From contig CATNEN010000024.1 in NCBI GenBank assembly GCA_950097015.1, positions 4,526,001 through 4,590,000 on the forward strand: DNA of 64,000 nucleotides, written 5' to 3'. This DNA is from Macrostomum hystrix (lineage: Eukaryota > Animalia > Platyhelminthes). Shown in pieces: positions 35,201 through 47,384 of the stretch. Each line of letters begins with the position of its first letter. Position 1 is the stretch's first letter. The translations under genes were made by a program, and so were the position numbers. Below the pieces are notes generated by a model. That model did no database searches, was not told the origin of the DNA, and saw nothing but the letters and a program-made list of their open reading frames with translations.

Positions 35201-35460
35201 CGCTTCAGATCTGCCACGGTGACAGTCGGATTGCTGTCCGGCATGACCAGGTGAATCGGCTGGCAGGCTCGCGAGCATTTGGTCTGCAGCACCACGCTGA
35301 TTAGACGCAAGGGCTCAATAGGGGACGACAAAGAGTCGGGATCGACTCCGACACTCCGACCGACACCCGAGCAGAGCTGCTCAGCCAGGCGCTTGGCTTC
35401 CTGTTCGTTGCCTGTTAGCATGGCAGTCCGAAGATGATTAACCAACTGCCGAGTGTCCAT
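26272..35460 (-). CDS. RBCK1: HOIL-1L/RBCK1 RBR E3 ubiquitin ligase (LUBAC subunit), core isoform ~517 aa
   Basis: Exons 35460-34891 (LTM-like helices + UBL), 34427-34218 ([23 protein letters not shown]), 27636-27088 (RING1 + IBR), 26496-26272 (RING2 KKEGCDW with catalytic Cys and the diagnostic [15 protein letters not shown]...CHPKCQNCH end). All junctions are phase 0; the last intron is GC-AG. Confidence 0.93.
26590..27075. repeat. ~21-bp minisatellite (ATCCGCCCCTAGCTACCCAT)n in the last RBCK1 intron
   Basis: Tandem periodicity starting right after the GC donor. Confidence 0.94.
27890..28470. repeat. 15-bp minisatellite (AATTGATTGGTGAAC)n
   Basis: Tandem periodicity; 5-aa periodic ORFs. 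Confidence 0.95.
29320..30770. repeat. 16-bp minisatellite (GAGATGAGACA[GTGCA/CGGGA])n with a ~580-bp higher-order duplication
   Basis: Tandem periodicity; the block of unit variants recurs after ~580 bp. Confidence 0.96.
31295..31690. repeat. 30-bp minisatellite (GTGTAGGGAATGAAGAGAATGAGCTGGGGA)n
   Basis: Tandem periodicity ([10 protein letters not shown]). Confidence 0.95.
31791..33014 (-). CDS. large proline-rich optional exon of RBCK1 (407 codons), in frame after the NZF exon
   Basis: The acceptor TTCTTTTAG|CAACGA at 33014 is phase 0, matching the NZF exon donor at 34218. The frame is open to TGA 31791. It encodes 39-bp ([13 protein letters not shown]) and 51-bp ([17 protein letters not shown]) repeats, PxxP motifs and an acidic [11 protein letters not shown] segment. 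Confidence 0.65.
   Translation of the reverse strand, partial: QRVAAAATATATNNGIGRSSARSKMPLPPVPPLDPPLKTKPHSCFKLPFLSKILKKSLPPQNLPSQNANLPLPPQNLPSQNANLPLPPQNLPSQNANPPLPPRNLPSQNANPPLPPRNLPSQNANPPLPPRNLPLRNANLQLPPQNLPMQNPNPPLPPRNLQSQQASLRNSPKRNANPALQPQSMPRQIPNDLPQNSNLQQSTPKPPVPPKPSATMLSALSLSKPPRPPPPTLQRPPAASPPSSLPPPTLQRPSAASPPSSLPPPTLQRPSAASPPSLLPPPTLQRPSAASPPSSLPPPTLQRPSAASPPSSLPPPAWKPIQIVPSMVPTADDVEDVYNDMEDPYCYDEAAVEDSADKKADTAEPKLDNASHEDIFFDRAMGALRARSMAIRNKRDQERWQNLLDRK
33825..34080. repeat. ~31-bp minisatellite (GGGGATCATGAAGTTAGTGATTGTTCAATTT)n
   Basis: Tandem periodicity in RBCK1 intron 2. Confidence 0.92.
34590..34860. repeat. ~26-bp minisatellite (GACACACCTCCCAGATCCTTCAAG)n in RBCK1 intron 1
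   Basis: Tandem periodicity. Confidence 0.92.
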
Positions 35461-36019
35461 GGACACGGTCTAGTACTGCAAGTATTGCAGAAGATTAATT
35501 GGCTTACAACAGATCCTAAAAGCTTTCTAAAACATTTAATGATCTATTTCCATCCTTTCTATACATAGCTGGACAATGCCCTAGTTGATCAGGCAGAAGC
35601 TACACGAGTCGTGCATTTTAGCTTTGCTTTAGAATATCAGGTTGTATTAGCTAGACCTTAATCTTATTTGAGCATGCCTAGGGCATACTGAGGTGAATGG
35701 TCCATCATTGGTGTAGCATTAAGCCAAAAAGGACACTTTAGTTTAATAACTGCTAGGGCCATATTTTCTTGCTAAGTGAGTGAAAAGTTTTAATGACCTT
35801 TAAGTGCTGCAAATATTGAGCCTTGCAGCTATACTTGTCTTATTGACAATTAGTTGCTTCTTAAAGCAGAAATTGTTGTTCATGAGCTAAGTATACCAAG
35901 AGTCCAAGACAAATAATAGAATCAGTTTTATAGTAAGATTGTGTATAAACACAGGGAGCATATCTCATTTAAGTCTAAAGATGTTCATAGACCAGGATTA
36001 ATGAAAAATGATTTATTTC

Positions 36020-36345
36020 AGAAAGGCTGTAGGCAATAGCATATCATTTGTTGAGACTAGACCTGCAGCCACAAAGGAGGCAAACCTGCTCACTTTGGTG
36101 ACTCCTGAGCAGACACACATACTGTATGGCATAAGTAGGTATAAACTCACAGGTATGTATATCTGCCCTGACTTTCTTATTGATAGGCAGTGTACACTCT
36201 CACTGTGCCTTGGAGGTTGGTCCTCAAGAGTTGTAAATTGCACAAAAAGCCCCCCAGGGCTTCTTTCCACAGCTGTGTCCCAATTTAATGTGGCCTATGG
36301 CCTCATTGCAGAATGGAATTCTGGTTCTTTAGTATTGGATGGACC
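36020..36345 (-). mobile_element. SINE copy E (diverged, near full length)
   Basis: AGGCAATAGCATATCATTTG...ATCTGCCCTGACTTTCTT...GGCAGTGTACACTCTCACTGTGCCTTGGAGGTTGGTCCTCAAG...CCCAATTTAATGTG is collinear with copy B. Confidence 0.8.
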
Positions 36346-36974
36346 ATGATGAATAAAACAAAATATATGTTAATTTATAATATTGTAATTTACCTCCTCT
36401 TTTTTATTTACCAGACACTTTGCTTAATCATATAGACATTAAGTTTCAATTCATTTTAAAACATAAGAGTTAAACATCCATAACTGTTGAGTTATAATGT
36501 TTATAACTACTATATGTACATACTTAAAACACTGGGTAAATGGCTGCTGGGCACATAAGCTCTACAAATACAATATCTAAACCCAACATTTTTGGCAATA
36601 ATTTCATCACACAACAAGAAAAAATATTGTAATTGTTTACATTGACTTAGTCTACCTTACTCAACCCTATTTATATACTGTCTATGCCAACTTTCACCAA
36701 ATAAACTGGTCCTGACGATGCCTTAGGAAAATGCAAAACATGTAGAAAATAAAATAAAATAAAAGCATGCTCCTCCTTAGTTTTATCTTTCCTTGTTTAA
36801 ATGTTGTATTTAAACATCAAATACTTTCTTATAATAAATCAAATTTTAAGAAAAAAAAGTATTTTAATAATAGTTTTATATAGATAACATCTTATATTAC
36901 TCTACAAGTAGGCCAGATCAGCTTGAGGTCCAAATGGTTTGGGCTGAAAGAGGTTTGCCCAAAAATGATTAAAC

Positions 36975-37055
36975 TGGCTACCACAGAATCAAGCTCAGGG
37001 ACTTTGCAGCACTATGCTAGAGACAAGCAAATAAAAATGCTCTGCCACTCAAGCT
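36975..37055 (-). mobile_element. SINE head fragment (copy G)
   Basis: Minus strand GAGTGGCAGAGC...AAGTCCCTGAGCTTGATTC resembles the heads of copies B and F. Confidence 0.45.
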
Positions 37056-37299
37056 TCCTTGACACCAATACTAGTAAGCAAATACATTAACAGGAACCAA
37101 GGAGAATAATCTGAATAGGTATAGCAAATAGAAATCTTAGTTAGAGATTCATGTAATATAGGCTAGACCTAGATGGCAATCCCCCACAGATTAAATTATA
37201 GTTTAATTCAATTTGATTTAATGATGACAATTTGAAAAACTTCTTTATAGTAAAAATATAAACAATGAATAACAACCAACAAGCCACTCAGACGTCATA

Positions 37300-37385
37300 G
37301 TAGTACGCTACTACCACGAATCGAACCCCCGGTGGCCCGCTCGGCGCTCTTCAAGTCGTCATTCCGACGCTCCAACTTAGCACAT
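37300..37385 (-). other. tRNA-like Pol III element of uncertain nature
   Basis: B-box GGTTCGATTC preceded by a GC-rich arm and followed by a TAGTAG-CGTA-CTACTA hairpin; no complete cloverleaf seen. Confidence 0.3.
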
Positions 37386-38830
37386 GTGAACAATCCCATA
37401 TAAAACATTTATTTAAATGCAATATAATAGCTCGCATAACTTGTACGCTTTGTACAATTCAGTCTTCCAGCTCCAAAAAATGAAACCAGTTGACCATAGA
37501 AATAGTCGACAATCAATATTTTCAGCTTTACAATGAGCACATTACATTAACAGCCGCGCAGTGAACCTCATTTGCTTAGTGTTTTCTTCGAAAAAAAGTT
37601 AATTAATTAAATGCACTTTTTTGCAACTTAACAAATTAACTTAACACCATATTTTTATATGGTGTGAATGCTTGCTTGCCTATTAACTCAAAGCGATAAT
37701 AGTTACTATCAATTATTTAATTTCTTTCTCTCATATTTGTTCCTGTTTCATAATAGAATATTAGTCTTTAAACTATTTTTTTACGTCATGTAGTAAGCAA
37801 ATAAATAGGACAGTTGTTTTCTAGTGTTTTTTCTCTAATTTCGTTTTCGTCTTTCGTTTTTTTGCTTCTGATGGTGTCCTGACTCTGTATGCGTAGCTGG
37901 GTTCTTCCATAATGTGCAAAAATAATGTTTTTCATTTTCTAGAATAATTTTCTAACTTTTTATAGGCTTTTTGTAAGGCTTTTAATAATAAAAAAACGAT
38001 TTTGTAGAAAAGTGTATTGCCATAGCTTTTGGTATGATTAACAACGATTAATTGTTTATATTTTGGTAACATTTTAGTGAAAATTAGTTTCAGTGCAAAA
38101 AATGAGTGTGCATAAATTGTGCCAGTGATACGATCTTCACGCGTTTTTCGAAAGAATATAGTATAACTAATAATTTACAGGCGGTAACTATGCGAGCCGT
38201 AAAAAACGGAATGCGCATGATGATCCTGGCAGAAAAGCATGGAGATGAAAATTATCTCACATGTAGAGTCTCGCAAAACAATGTCTAACGGAGCTCCTTG
38301 TAGCAGAAGGAGCTAGATACTACTAGTTGTCCTTGAACTAAATAGTTTCACCTTTGGTGCTGATTTAGTTTTTATGCTTGCATTTCCTTCAACCAAGAAA
38401 CGTTTTACAAGTTATATATAAAGCAGCTCGATCAATACCCGACAGCATTGCGCCTATTCATGCACGTAAAAAAATTGTCCACCCACATGCCCATCTTTCT
38501 TACAATCACAATTAGTCTTCTACTCGAAGCATTACCGTTTAGCGCTTGCATGCATTACAATGTTGCAGTTGAGTTGCAAAATTATACAATTAGAGCGTAT
38601 TTTTTCATATAAAAGTGCATGGCATATGTATGCGGCGTATCGTTAATTGTCTCAGTGTGCGCAATTAACTTTAATAAGTTCTACTACGAACAGCATGCAT
38701 CATGTGACATTAAAAATCAGGTGCGTGTTTTAAATCGGATAGCAGCGGCAAAGTACTAGATTGACCAGATCGAAAGAACCCATTATACGTGCGCAGCGTG
38801 GAGATAAAAGTACACACACACTGACCTCGG

Positions 38831-41800
38831 TCATAGAGTGGTCACTTTCTGCTTCTCCTCTGGAGCCGCCCCGTTGCGCTGACCCTCATCTAGAGCCAGC
38901 GGTGCCGACACTGCCGCCACGCCCTCCGCCATTCGGGCGAGACTATTCACAATGCTATAGTGTCGGTTCTGCTTCTCCCGTCGTTTGTCAATAAAGGCCA
39001 ATGCCCAACTCTTGATCTTGTGCGAAACCAGATAGAGCAGAATAGGAGCTGGAGTGAGCAACGCGGTTGCTAGTGACGCTATGGTTGCTAGGTCACCGAC
39101 GGCGCCCGGACAGGCGTAGCGCAGCGCCGGCAGGGCTAACAAGCAGGCGCAGCACGCTGTCTCGGCGGCCATGGCTTTGCGGCGCGGCTTGCCGAGGCGG
39201 GCTAGAAAGCCGGCGCCACCACCGAGGCAGAAGCCGCAGCCGATGAAGCAGAGGACGCAGCCGAGCACGGATGCGTCCAGGTGGTCGATAGCGTAGTGGT
39301 TGATGTAGATACCCAGGGTGGCCATAAGGATGGCGGCCAGCAGGAGCAGCGGCCGGCCCACCCAGTTGAGCAGGGCCTGAGCCCAGGCGTTGCGACACGT
39401 AGCCAGCAGGGCGCCAAGGCTTTGAGAGGCGCTTAGCGGCAGAAGCCACATTACGATTTGGTGGTAGCGCACGTCGAATTTAAAATAGCAAGTGAACACC
39501 ACAATCCACGCTGGGGATAGGCCTGCGGGTTGCACAGCAAGTATATAAGATTCGTACAAAACTGCTTGGCGAACTGTTGAGGGGATAAAACTTGCATGGT
39601 AATTTAGTATAATAGTAGATCTCTGCAAGGCTACTTATTTCATCTAGTAGTATAGAATGCGTCGGTCTAGTAGTTTAAAGTGCATTGGTTTTATTTAGTT
39701 TTTTACAACAGATAATAAAAAGGACAGTATTTCCGCAATTAATTGTGACTGACCTATAAGAACTAGAAAGCCAGCATTCAATAAAATGTACTGGTGCCTC
39801 AATTGGCGACAGTCAACGATCGCAGCTGTAGCGATTAAATCACCAAATCTCATTTGAAAGACAGTTTGTTCTCATTTATTTTCTGCTATCCCTTCGAAGA
39901 TCTCTTAAATTAAATGGCGATTTTTCGAAAGGGTGCCTTTCAAAAGTTTATTGTTTTCGAAATGAATGTGAATTGTTTACGTGAAGTCATTATAATGTAT
40001 TCCAATGTGTCCTCAATTCTAAGCCGAGACCTGCATGTTTTGTGTCTGCAGCTTGTCGTAATTCTTCATGGATGCGAACTAGTCAGACAAGTATAGGCCC
40101 AACGGTCAGTCAGCACTTGGTATAAATGTAATGAGGCTTGAAAATAGACGCCGACTCGATCGTAATTTGTGTCTCGCAGCGTTTCTACTCTGCGCGCTCT
40201 ATTAATAAAAATCGGCGAAAGTACACCGCTCCACTCGGCAAGCTTCTAGCGGGATTCGGAGTTTAAAAAGTTTTTTTCTCTACTCAAAAGCTATATCTAG
40301 TATCAGACTATTGCTGTCTCCAATTTCCTCATCAAATTGTGCCATCTCGGCCCCCTCTAAATGTGTATTTATAATATTTCTGTCCGATTGCAATAGGCAT
40401 CTTCCAGACGATCTATCTGTTAACGTGCGATCTGCTACTGCCTATCCATGCCAGCTATCCTTAAAAGTTCCATTCCGGCATATATGCGCACTGGCCTATT
40501 TCTACTAACTAAAAAAAACTTCTCCATCTCAAAATAGGAGATACCGAGCAGGGCTGCTTCTCGCGGGTGCCATTAATTATGCCGGATCCCGGGCTATAGT
40601 CGCCGACTCGCCGATCCCCAGCGATGGTCGCCGGTCGCCAAGGGTCCAGGAGTGAGCCAGTCCTGCATTTCATCGCTGGACCACAATTTCGCCCGCTGTC
40701 CAACCCCCCCAGCAACCGAGCCTAAACCCATTGGAGAGGCTGCGAAAGGATCCCTAACTCAATTTCTCCCTCAAATTTCGGCTTCTTTTTGACCCCTCGT
40801 ATCTATAGCCGTGTCATGACAATGCAGAAAGAAAACATTTTTTTCTGGTCACAGGAGAGTAGTATTTTCATTTTTAAGAATTGACTGCGTCTCTTTTGCC
40901 TGCCAAATATGTTTTGTGCTCATTCTTGTTTCCTCAATGCTTTGATCATTTTATTATTGACTTCTTGACAAAAACTCTCATGGTAAGACTGGAAGACCTT
41001 TTTCTGCGAGGCCTGTGAGCTTTCTGCAGCCCATACCAGTTCTTCTTTCTTACCACCCAACCCCAAGCCGCTCACTGATTGGTTCCCTTCGACCGACGCC
41101 ACTCTCTGTTATCTACACCCCACGCCGATCAATAATTGATGCCCTACCCAAAGCCGCTGTCTCTGATTGGTTCAATCAGACTCTACTACATACCACGCCA
41201 CTCAATAACTGATGCTCGCAATAATTAAAGCCACTATGATTGGTTTACACCAACCCAAATAACACTTTGAAGTTGACTCACAACCCCAATCCGTCTTTGA
41301 TCGCTATCTGGGACAGCAATGACTCACACAGGTTCAATAGGCAGTTCATGATGGACACGGCAGCGGAGAAGTTTCTATCGCCGGACATAAGGAACACAGT
41401 AAGGTGGGCCATGCCTCCGCCTGGCATAGCGGCTGTGGCAACAAGACCAAAACCGATCTCGGGCCGTAGGCGAAACAAGTAGAACAAGCCAAATGCAACC
41501 TGGAGTGAGGATTCGAAAAAGTTGTGAGTAACGCGAAGATAAAAATGTTCATCAATGCACCAGTAATATGTTAAAATCCTTGATCCTTGAAAGAGTTAAA
41601 ATCCTTGATCATTCAGTAAGATGTTAACATCCTTGATCCTTCAGTAAGCTGCTAAAATCCTTGATCCTTCAGTAAGCTGTTAAAATCCTTGATCCTTCAG
41701 TAAGCTGTTAAAATCCTTGATCCTTCAGTAAGCTGTTAAAATCCGTGATCCTTCAGTAAGCTGCTAAAATCCTTGATCCTTCAGTAAGCTGTTAACATCC

Positions 41801-44800
41801 TTGATCCTTCAGTAAGCTGTTAACATCCTTGATCCTTCAGTAAGCTGTTAATATCCATGATCATTCAGTAAGCTGCTAAAGTCCTTAATCCTTCAGTAAG
41901 CTGTTTACATCCTTGTTCATTCAGTTAGCTGCTAAAGTCCTTGATCATTCAGTAAGCTGTTAACATCCATGATCATTCAGTAAGCTGTTTACATCCTTGA
42001 TCATTCAGTAAGCTGTTTACATCCTTGATCATTCAGTAAGCTGCTAACATCCTAGATCATTCAGTAAGCTGCTAACATCCTAGATCATTCAGTAAGCTGC
42101 TAAAGTCCTTGATCATTCAGTAAGCTTTATCAGTAAGCTGCTAAAAGTTCTTGTCTCCATTTTTGTTGTGCGTATGGGCTGCAACATAAAATTCAGTCAA
42201 CCATTACCCAATTTCGCGGCAACTATCTTACTCACTGATAGCCTACATAGCTCCGTAGAAATTCTATATAAAAAAACGTTTTATGGTTACAGAAACTGAA
42301 TAACTTCTTGGCCCCTGACTCTATAGAACTATCGGAATGGAAAGCACTTTATAGGTTCAATAGAGTTCAATGACCCCCCGATTCTCAAAGCAAACGAGCT
42401 AGTCTATTGTGTCTCTTGAACTACGAGCGTAGTAGTTTTAATGCTTCCCATATTAGTACATTGCATTAGTACATTAAGAAGTTCATCCCTGAACATCAGC
42501 AATTACCTATGTCTAACTTGAAAATTCAGCTTGCTTTTTGCTTTTAGCTTTTACCATCACAAAAATAAGGAACTTTTCTTGCAGAAGAATTTCACCAATA
42601 CAATACATTCATTACATAACGACTAACTCAAAGATAGCAAAAATTAGGATCACGATCCTCCATTCCAGGAACATTCAGGATCACGATCCTCCATTCCAGG
42701 AACATTCGGGATCACGATCCTCCATTCCAGGAACATTCGGGATCACGATCCTCCATTCCAGGAACATTCAGGATCACGATCCTCCATTCCAGGAACATTC
42801 AGGATCACGATCCTCCATTCCAGGAACATTCGGGATCACGATCCTCGATTCCAGGAACATTCATGATCACGATCCTCCATTCCAGGAACATTCGGGATCA
42901 CGATCCTCCATTCCAGGAACATTCGGGATCACGATCCTCCATTCCAGGAACATTCAGGATCACGATCCTCCATTCCAGGAACATTCGGGATCACGATCCT
43001 CGATTCCAGGAACATTCATGATCACGATCCTCCATTCCAGGAACATTCGGGATCACGATCCTCCATTCCAGGAACATTCGGGATCACGATCCTCCATTCC
43101 AGGAACATTCATGATCACGATCCTCCATTCCAGGAACATTCGCGTTCACGATCCTCCATTCCAGGAACATTCGGGATCACGATCCTCCATTCCAGGAACA
43201 TTCAGGATCACGATCCTCCATTCCAGGAACATTCGGGATCACGATCCTCCATTCCAGGAACATTCAGGATCACGATCCTCCATTCCAGGAACATTCAGGA
43301 TCACGATCCTCCATTCCAGGAACATTCAGGATCACGATCCTCCATTCCAGGAACAATCGGGATCACGATCCTCCATTCCAGGAACATTCGGGTTCACGAT
43401 CCTCCGTTCCAGGAACATTCAGGATCACGATCCTCCATTCCAGGAACATTCAGGATCACGATCCTCCATTCCAGGAACATTCAGGATCACGATCCTCCAT
43501 TCCAGGAACATTCAGGATCACGATCCTCCATTCCAGGAACATTCAGGATCTCGATCCTACATCTCAGAATTGCGTAGATTCGCGAAGAACTCTTGCAAGG
43601 CTTGCAACTCTTCTAAAACTTGTTGAAACTGAAACCAAAGTGGTATCTACTCACAACTGTACCCAAGACTGGCAAAGCTTTTCCTAATTTTATTAATTAT
43701 ATTTCACACTATTCGGTACGCACTGTCGCCTTTTTGAAATTCTGTCCCCTCAAGCAAGCAAGTCTTCGGGCCAAACGGTTCAGTGCTCCGCTGACACAAG
43801 TCCCTGTCCTTATCCCTGCCCCCCCTGGGACTTATTGCTCAGCTGCGCCAACTAATTGGACTGGGCAACCGGGTGGCCTGTGACTTGTTGCTGTGCTGAA
43901 ATGGAAAGCTTTCACTTGAGGTGTTTCTCTCCATCATTCCACCAGCGTTTCCCATCAGCCACCTGCTGATTGAAGCGCTCACTTTTTTAAGCCGAGTCTA
44001 ATCCGGAACAGATTGGATCAGCTGCGTGCTGATTGGCTGTCGCGGATTCAAGCGAAATCTGGCTGTGCCCGTTTGAGGGACATGTTTGCTACTGAGAAGC
44101 GACTTCTGAGAAACACGCACACAACCTCCCGCTGCATTATCCGATGAAGAGGAATAATTTAATAAACTAGGGAAATAATGACTTCCTGATTTGTGGGCCT
44201 ACACGGGAAGGCTATTGTGGTGATCACTAGTTCATTTTTACGACACTTTTATGCCACCCAACGGCTATGGGAGAGAAAAAATGATTTGGCCATTACAAAA
44301 TTACGTCTATTCAAGGGCTTTGATGGTTCTAGGATACAGTACAGTGTACCTTTTCTAGTGCCTGGAAACTCGTGAGGTTGCCCTACTCCTGTTTTGTTTT
44401 AATTTCCAGCCTCGAGCGCGCCACTCACAGATTTAGGTTTAAATCGAGTTCAGTTCAAGGCGAAATTCGGCAATGAAAGATCCCAATTTGGGGATGTGTT
44501 GTTGGGTTGAGGATGGCGACGACTATGTCAAGTCCAAATATGGGTCCTGGTATGAGAGATCTGGATCAGGGATGAAAGGGGAAGAGAATTAGGGTCGGGG
44601 AATTCTGGGATCTGGCTCAGGGCATTCGGGAATTGGGTTCAATCCCTTGATCTTCCAGGAGATCTTGATCAGGGATGGGAGATCTCTGATTCCTGATCCC
44701 TGGGAGATCAGGGGATTCGGAGATATAGGTCGGGAGATTCGGGGATCTGGATTCGGGAGATTCGGGGATCTGGGTTGAGAGATTGGGGGATCTGTGTTGG

Positions 44801-46303
44801 GAGATTCGGATCTCCGGGTAAGGAGATTCGGGAATCCGGGTTGGGAAGTCGGGGATCTGGGTCGGGAGATTCGGGAATCTGGGTCGGGAGATTCGGGGAT
44901 CTGGGTCGGGAGATTCGGGGATCTGGGTCGGGAGATTCGGGGATCTGGGTCAGGAGATTCGGGGATCCGGGTCAGGAGATTCGAATCCTTCCACTTCCTT
45001 CCCAATCCTTCCACTGCCTTCCCAATCCTTCCACTTCCGGAATCCGGGTCGGGAAATCGGGGATCTGGGTCAGGAGATTCGGGGATCTGGGTCGGGAGAT
45101 TCGGTAATCCGGGTCGGGAAATCGGGGATCTGGGTCGGGAGATTCGGGGATCTGGGTCAGGAGATTCGGGGATCCGGGTCAGGAGATTCGAATCCTTCCA
45201 CTTCCTTCCCAATCCTTCCACTGCCTTCCCAATCCTTCCACTTCCGGAATCCGGGTCGGGAAATCGGGGATCTGGGTCGGGAGATTCGGGGATCTGGGTC
45301 GGGAGATTCGGGAATCCGGGTCGGGAAATCGGGGATCCGGGTCGGGAGATTCGGGGATCTGGGTCAGGAGATTCGGGAATCCGGGTCGGGAAATCGGGGA
45401 TCTGGGTCGGGAGATTCGGGGATCTGGGTCAGGAGATTCGGTGATCTGGGTCGGGAGATTCGGGGATCTGGGTCAGGAGATTCGGTGATCTGGGTCGGGA
45501 GATTCGGGGATCTGGGTCAGGAGATTCGGTGATCTTGGTCGGGAGATTCGGGGATCTGGGTCAGGAGATTCGGGGATCCGGTTCAGGAGATTCGGGGATC
45601 CGGGTCAGAAGATTCGGGGATCCGGGTCAGGAGATTCGGGGATCCGGGTCCGTGCACTCACAGGCGGCATGATCGCGTGCTGTCCGACCAGGCAGATGAG
45701 CAGTCCCAGTGGCCTGCGGAAGTGCGGCCCCAGCTGCGCGCAGTCGGTGACGCAGCCCATGCAGAGGGCCAGGATGCAAGCTACGAAGCCCACGCAGTAC
45801 TCGAATACACGATCGATGAGGCGCCACTTCCGCCTTGTACCCACAGGCAGCTCAGCCTCAGCCAGTGTCGGCCAATCGCCGTCCTTCGACGCCGACATCG
45901 TGGCGTTTCTCGCCGTCAACCGGAAGCTCAGCGTTGCTCGACCGACATTGTTGGCCTCAACCGCCAGGTGAACCGGAAACGGATAGGCAAAATCTCGCGC
46001 GCTGGCGGTACTTCCGGCTCCAGCTCCGGCTCCGGCTCCGGCTCCGCCGATTGTGGCGATGTGCCAGCTGCTGGTGTGCACCGTTGCTATGACAACTAGA
46101 CCCAATCGCGCATAGTCGGAACAGCAGCTGCAGTTGAGGCTTAATTGACGGCTGCTGCCAACAGTCAGGTCGATGACGAACGACGGCCTTACTGAAAGCA
46201 GGCATGTTCGCTGCTGAGCTGCTGTCACTGCTGCTGCTGTTGCTGCTATACAATGGAAGAGCAGCAGCAATAATAGCAGAGACAGAAGTGCCAACGGTGG
46301 CAT
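38831..46303 (-). CDS. SLC10 family bile acid:sodium symporter, P3/SLC10A3-A5-like with a long extracellular N-terminus (~501 aa, 3 exons)
   Basis: Exons 46303-45662, 41499-41328, 39522-38831; phases 0,1. Signal peptide, ~150-aa ectodomain, then the SBF motifs MGCVTD...RRPLGLLICLVGQHAIMP, PGGGMA...GDRNFS, MAAET, and several TM segments. Confidence 0.9.
41570..42150. repeat. ~28-bp minisatellite (ATCCTTGATCCTTCAGTAAGCTGTTAA)n in SLC10 intron 1
   Basis: Tandem periodicity. Confidence 0.94.
42645..43560. repeat. 31-bp minisatellite (GGATCACGATCCTCCATTCCAGGAACATTCA)n
   Basis: Tandem periodicity; the ORF repeats every 31 aa. Confidence 0.96.
44690..45650. repeat. ~22-bp minisatellite (GGGAGATTCGGGGATCTGGGTC)n with a duplicated internal spacer block
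   Basis: Tandem units start ~10 nt after the SLC10 exon 1 donor; the GAATCCTTCCACTTCC... block occurs twice (~44985 and ~45190). Confidence 0.94.
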
Positions 46304-46434
46304 GACAGATAGCCCTGAAGGCTTTGCCGAGGTTCTCGGACTGCGGGTCGGGGATTGCACAATTGGAAATGTTTGTCATCACTCGGACTAAATCTAAAAA
46401 ATAGTATTTTCGGTTTGGGTAGTTGATGGCCGGA

Positions 46435-46740
46435 GTGATTGGAGTTTGTCTGAGGTGACTGGAGAGGGTCTGAGTTGACTGGAGAGGGTCTGAGGTGACT
46501 GGAGAGGGTCTGAGGTGATTGGAGTTTGTCTGAGGTGACTGGAGAGGGTCTGAGGTGATTGGAGTTTGTCTGAGGTGACTGGAGAGGGTCTGAGGTGACT
46601 GGAGAGGGTCTGAGGTGACTGGAGAGGGTCTGAGGTGACTGGAGAGGGTCTGAGTTGACTGGAGAGGGTCTGAGGTGACTGGAGAGGGTCTGAGGTGACT
46701 GGAGAGGGTCTGAGGTGACTGGAGAGGGTCTGACGTGATT
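46435..46740. repeat. 20-bp minisatellite (GGAGAGGGTCTGAGGTGACT)n
   Basis: Tandem periodicity upstream of the SLC10 ATG. Confidence 0.95.
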
Positions 46741-47384
46741 TATTCTAACCCAAAGGTCTGAGATGGTTCTAGGTTTTGTATTGCAAAAACCTTTTTGTAT
46801 GTTTTCCTTTAAAATAAATCTTGTTAATAGGATTTTTCAGGAAGTGAGCCTCCGAAAAGGAGTTTGATCGAAGGCGGTGTAAAATTTGCAAACGCCCTGC
46901 CCTACTGAGAGTTTCAGCTCGCTCAGTTCAGCAATGGTCCTCTATTCGCTGCTCGTATTACAAGACCAGAGTGTATGCGGCAGCGGTGACAGCCACTCGA
47001 GCCACTCAATCAATAAGTGCCGTCCTCTTCTCAGACACCTGTTCTGTGAGCTGGCTTGAGAAGACCCCCCCGTCCCGCTGTTGCATTCTCTGCTGCAGTT
47101 GAACGCAAAGTCGGGCGGCGAAGCCTCTCTGCCCCCCTCGCCTGCCTGTCTGTGCGGCCGATTCCCAATTTAGTGGCTTTCAAGGAGCTGTTTAAGATCT
47201 TGGAGTGTGGCGCGCATGGTTTCAATTGCTAGTTTTACCATGCGGAGTTGTGAAATATCGCCCTGTAAGATTTCGCGCGTTTACCAGGCTTTGACTTTTG
47301 CTTGTAGCTTTTTTATTTCTCCTTTTTAAAGCCTTTCGAGCTGCTAGGTTTAGTTGGCATTGGGAGTCTAGTTCAGGGGTGTCA

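Noticed and set aside
40920-41102. 60-aa ORF as an extra SLC10 exon
   Set aside because: Exons 2 and 3 already join in frame with a continuous SBF domain, and this peptide is hydrophilic and unrelated.
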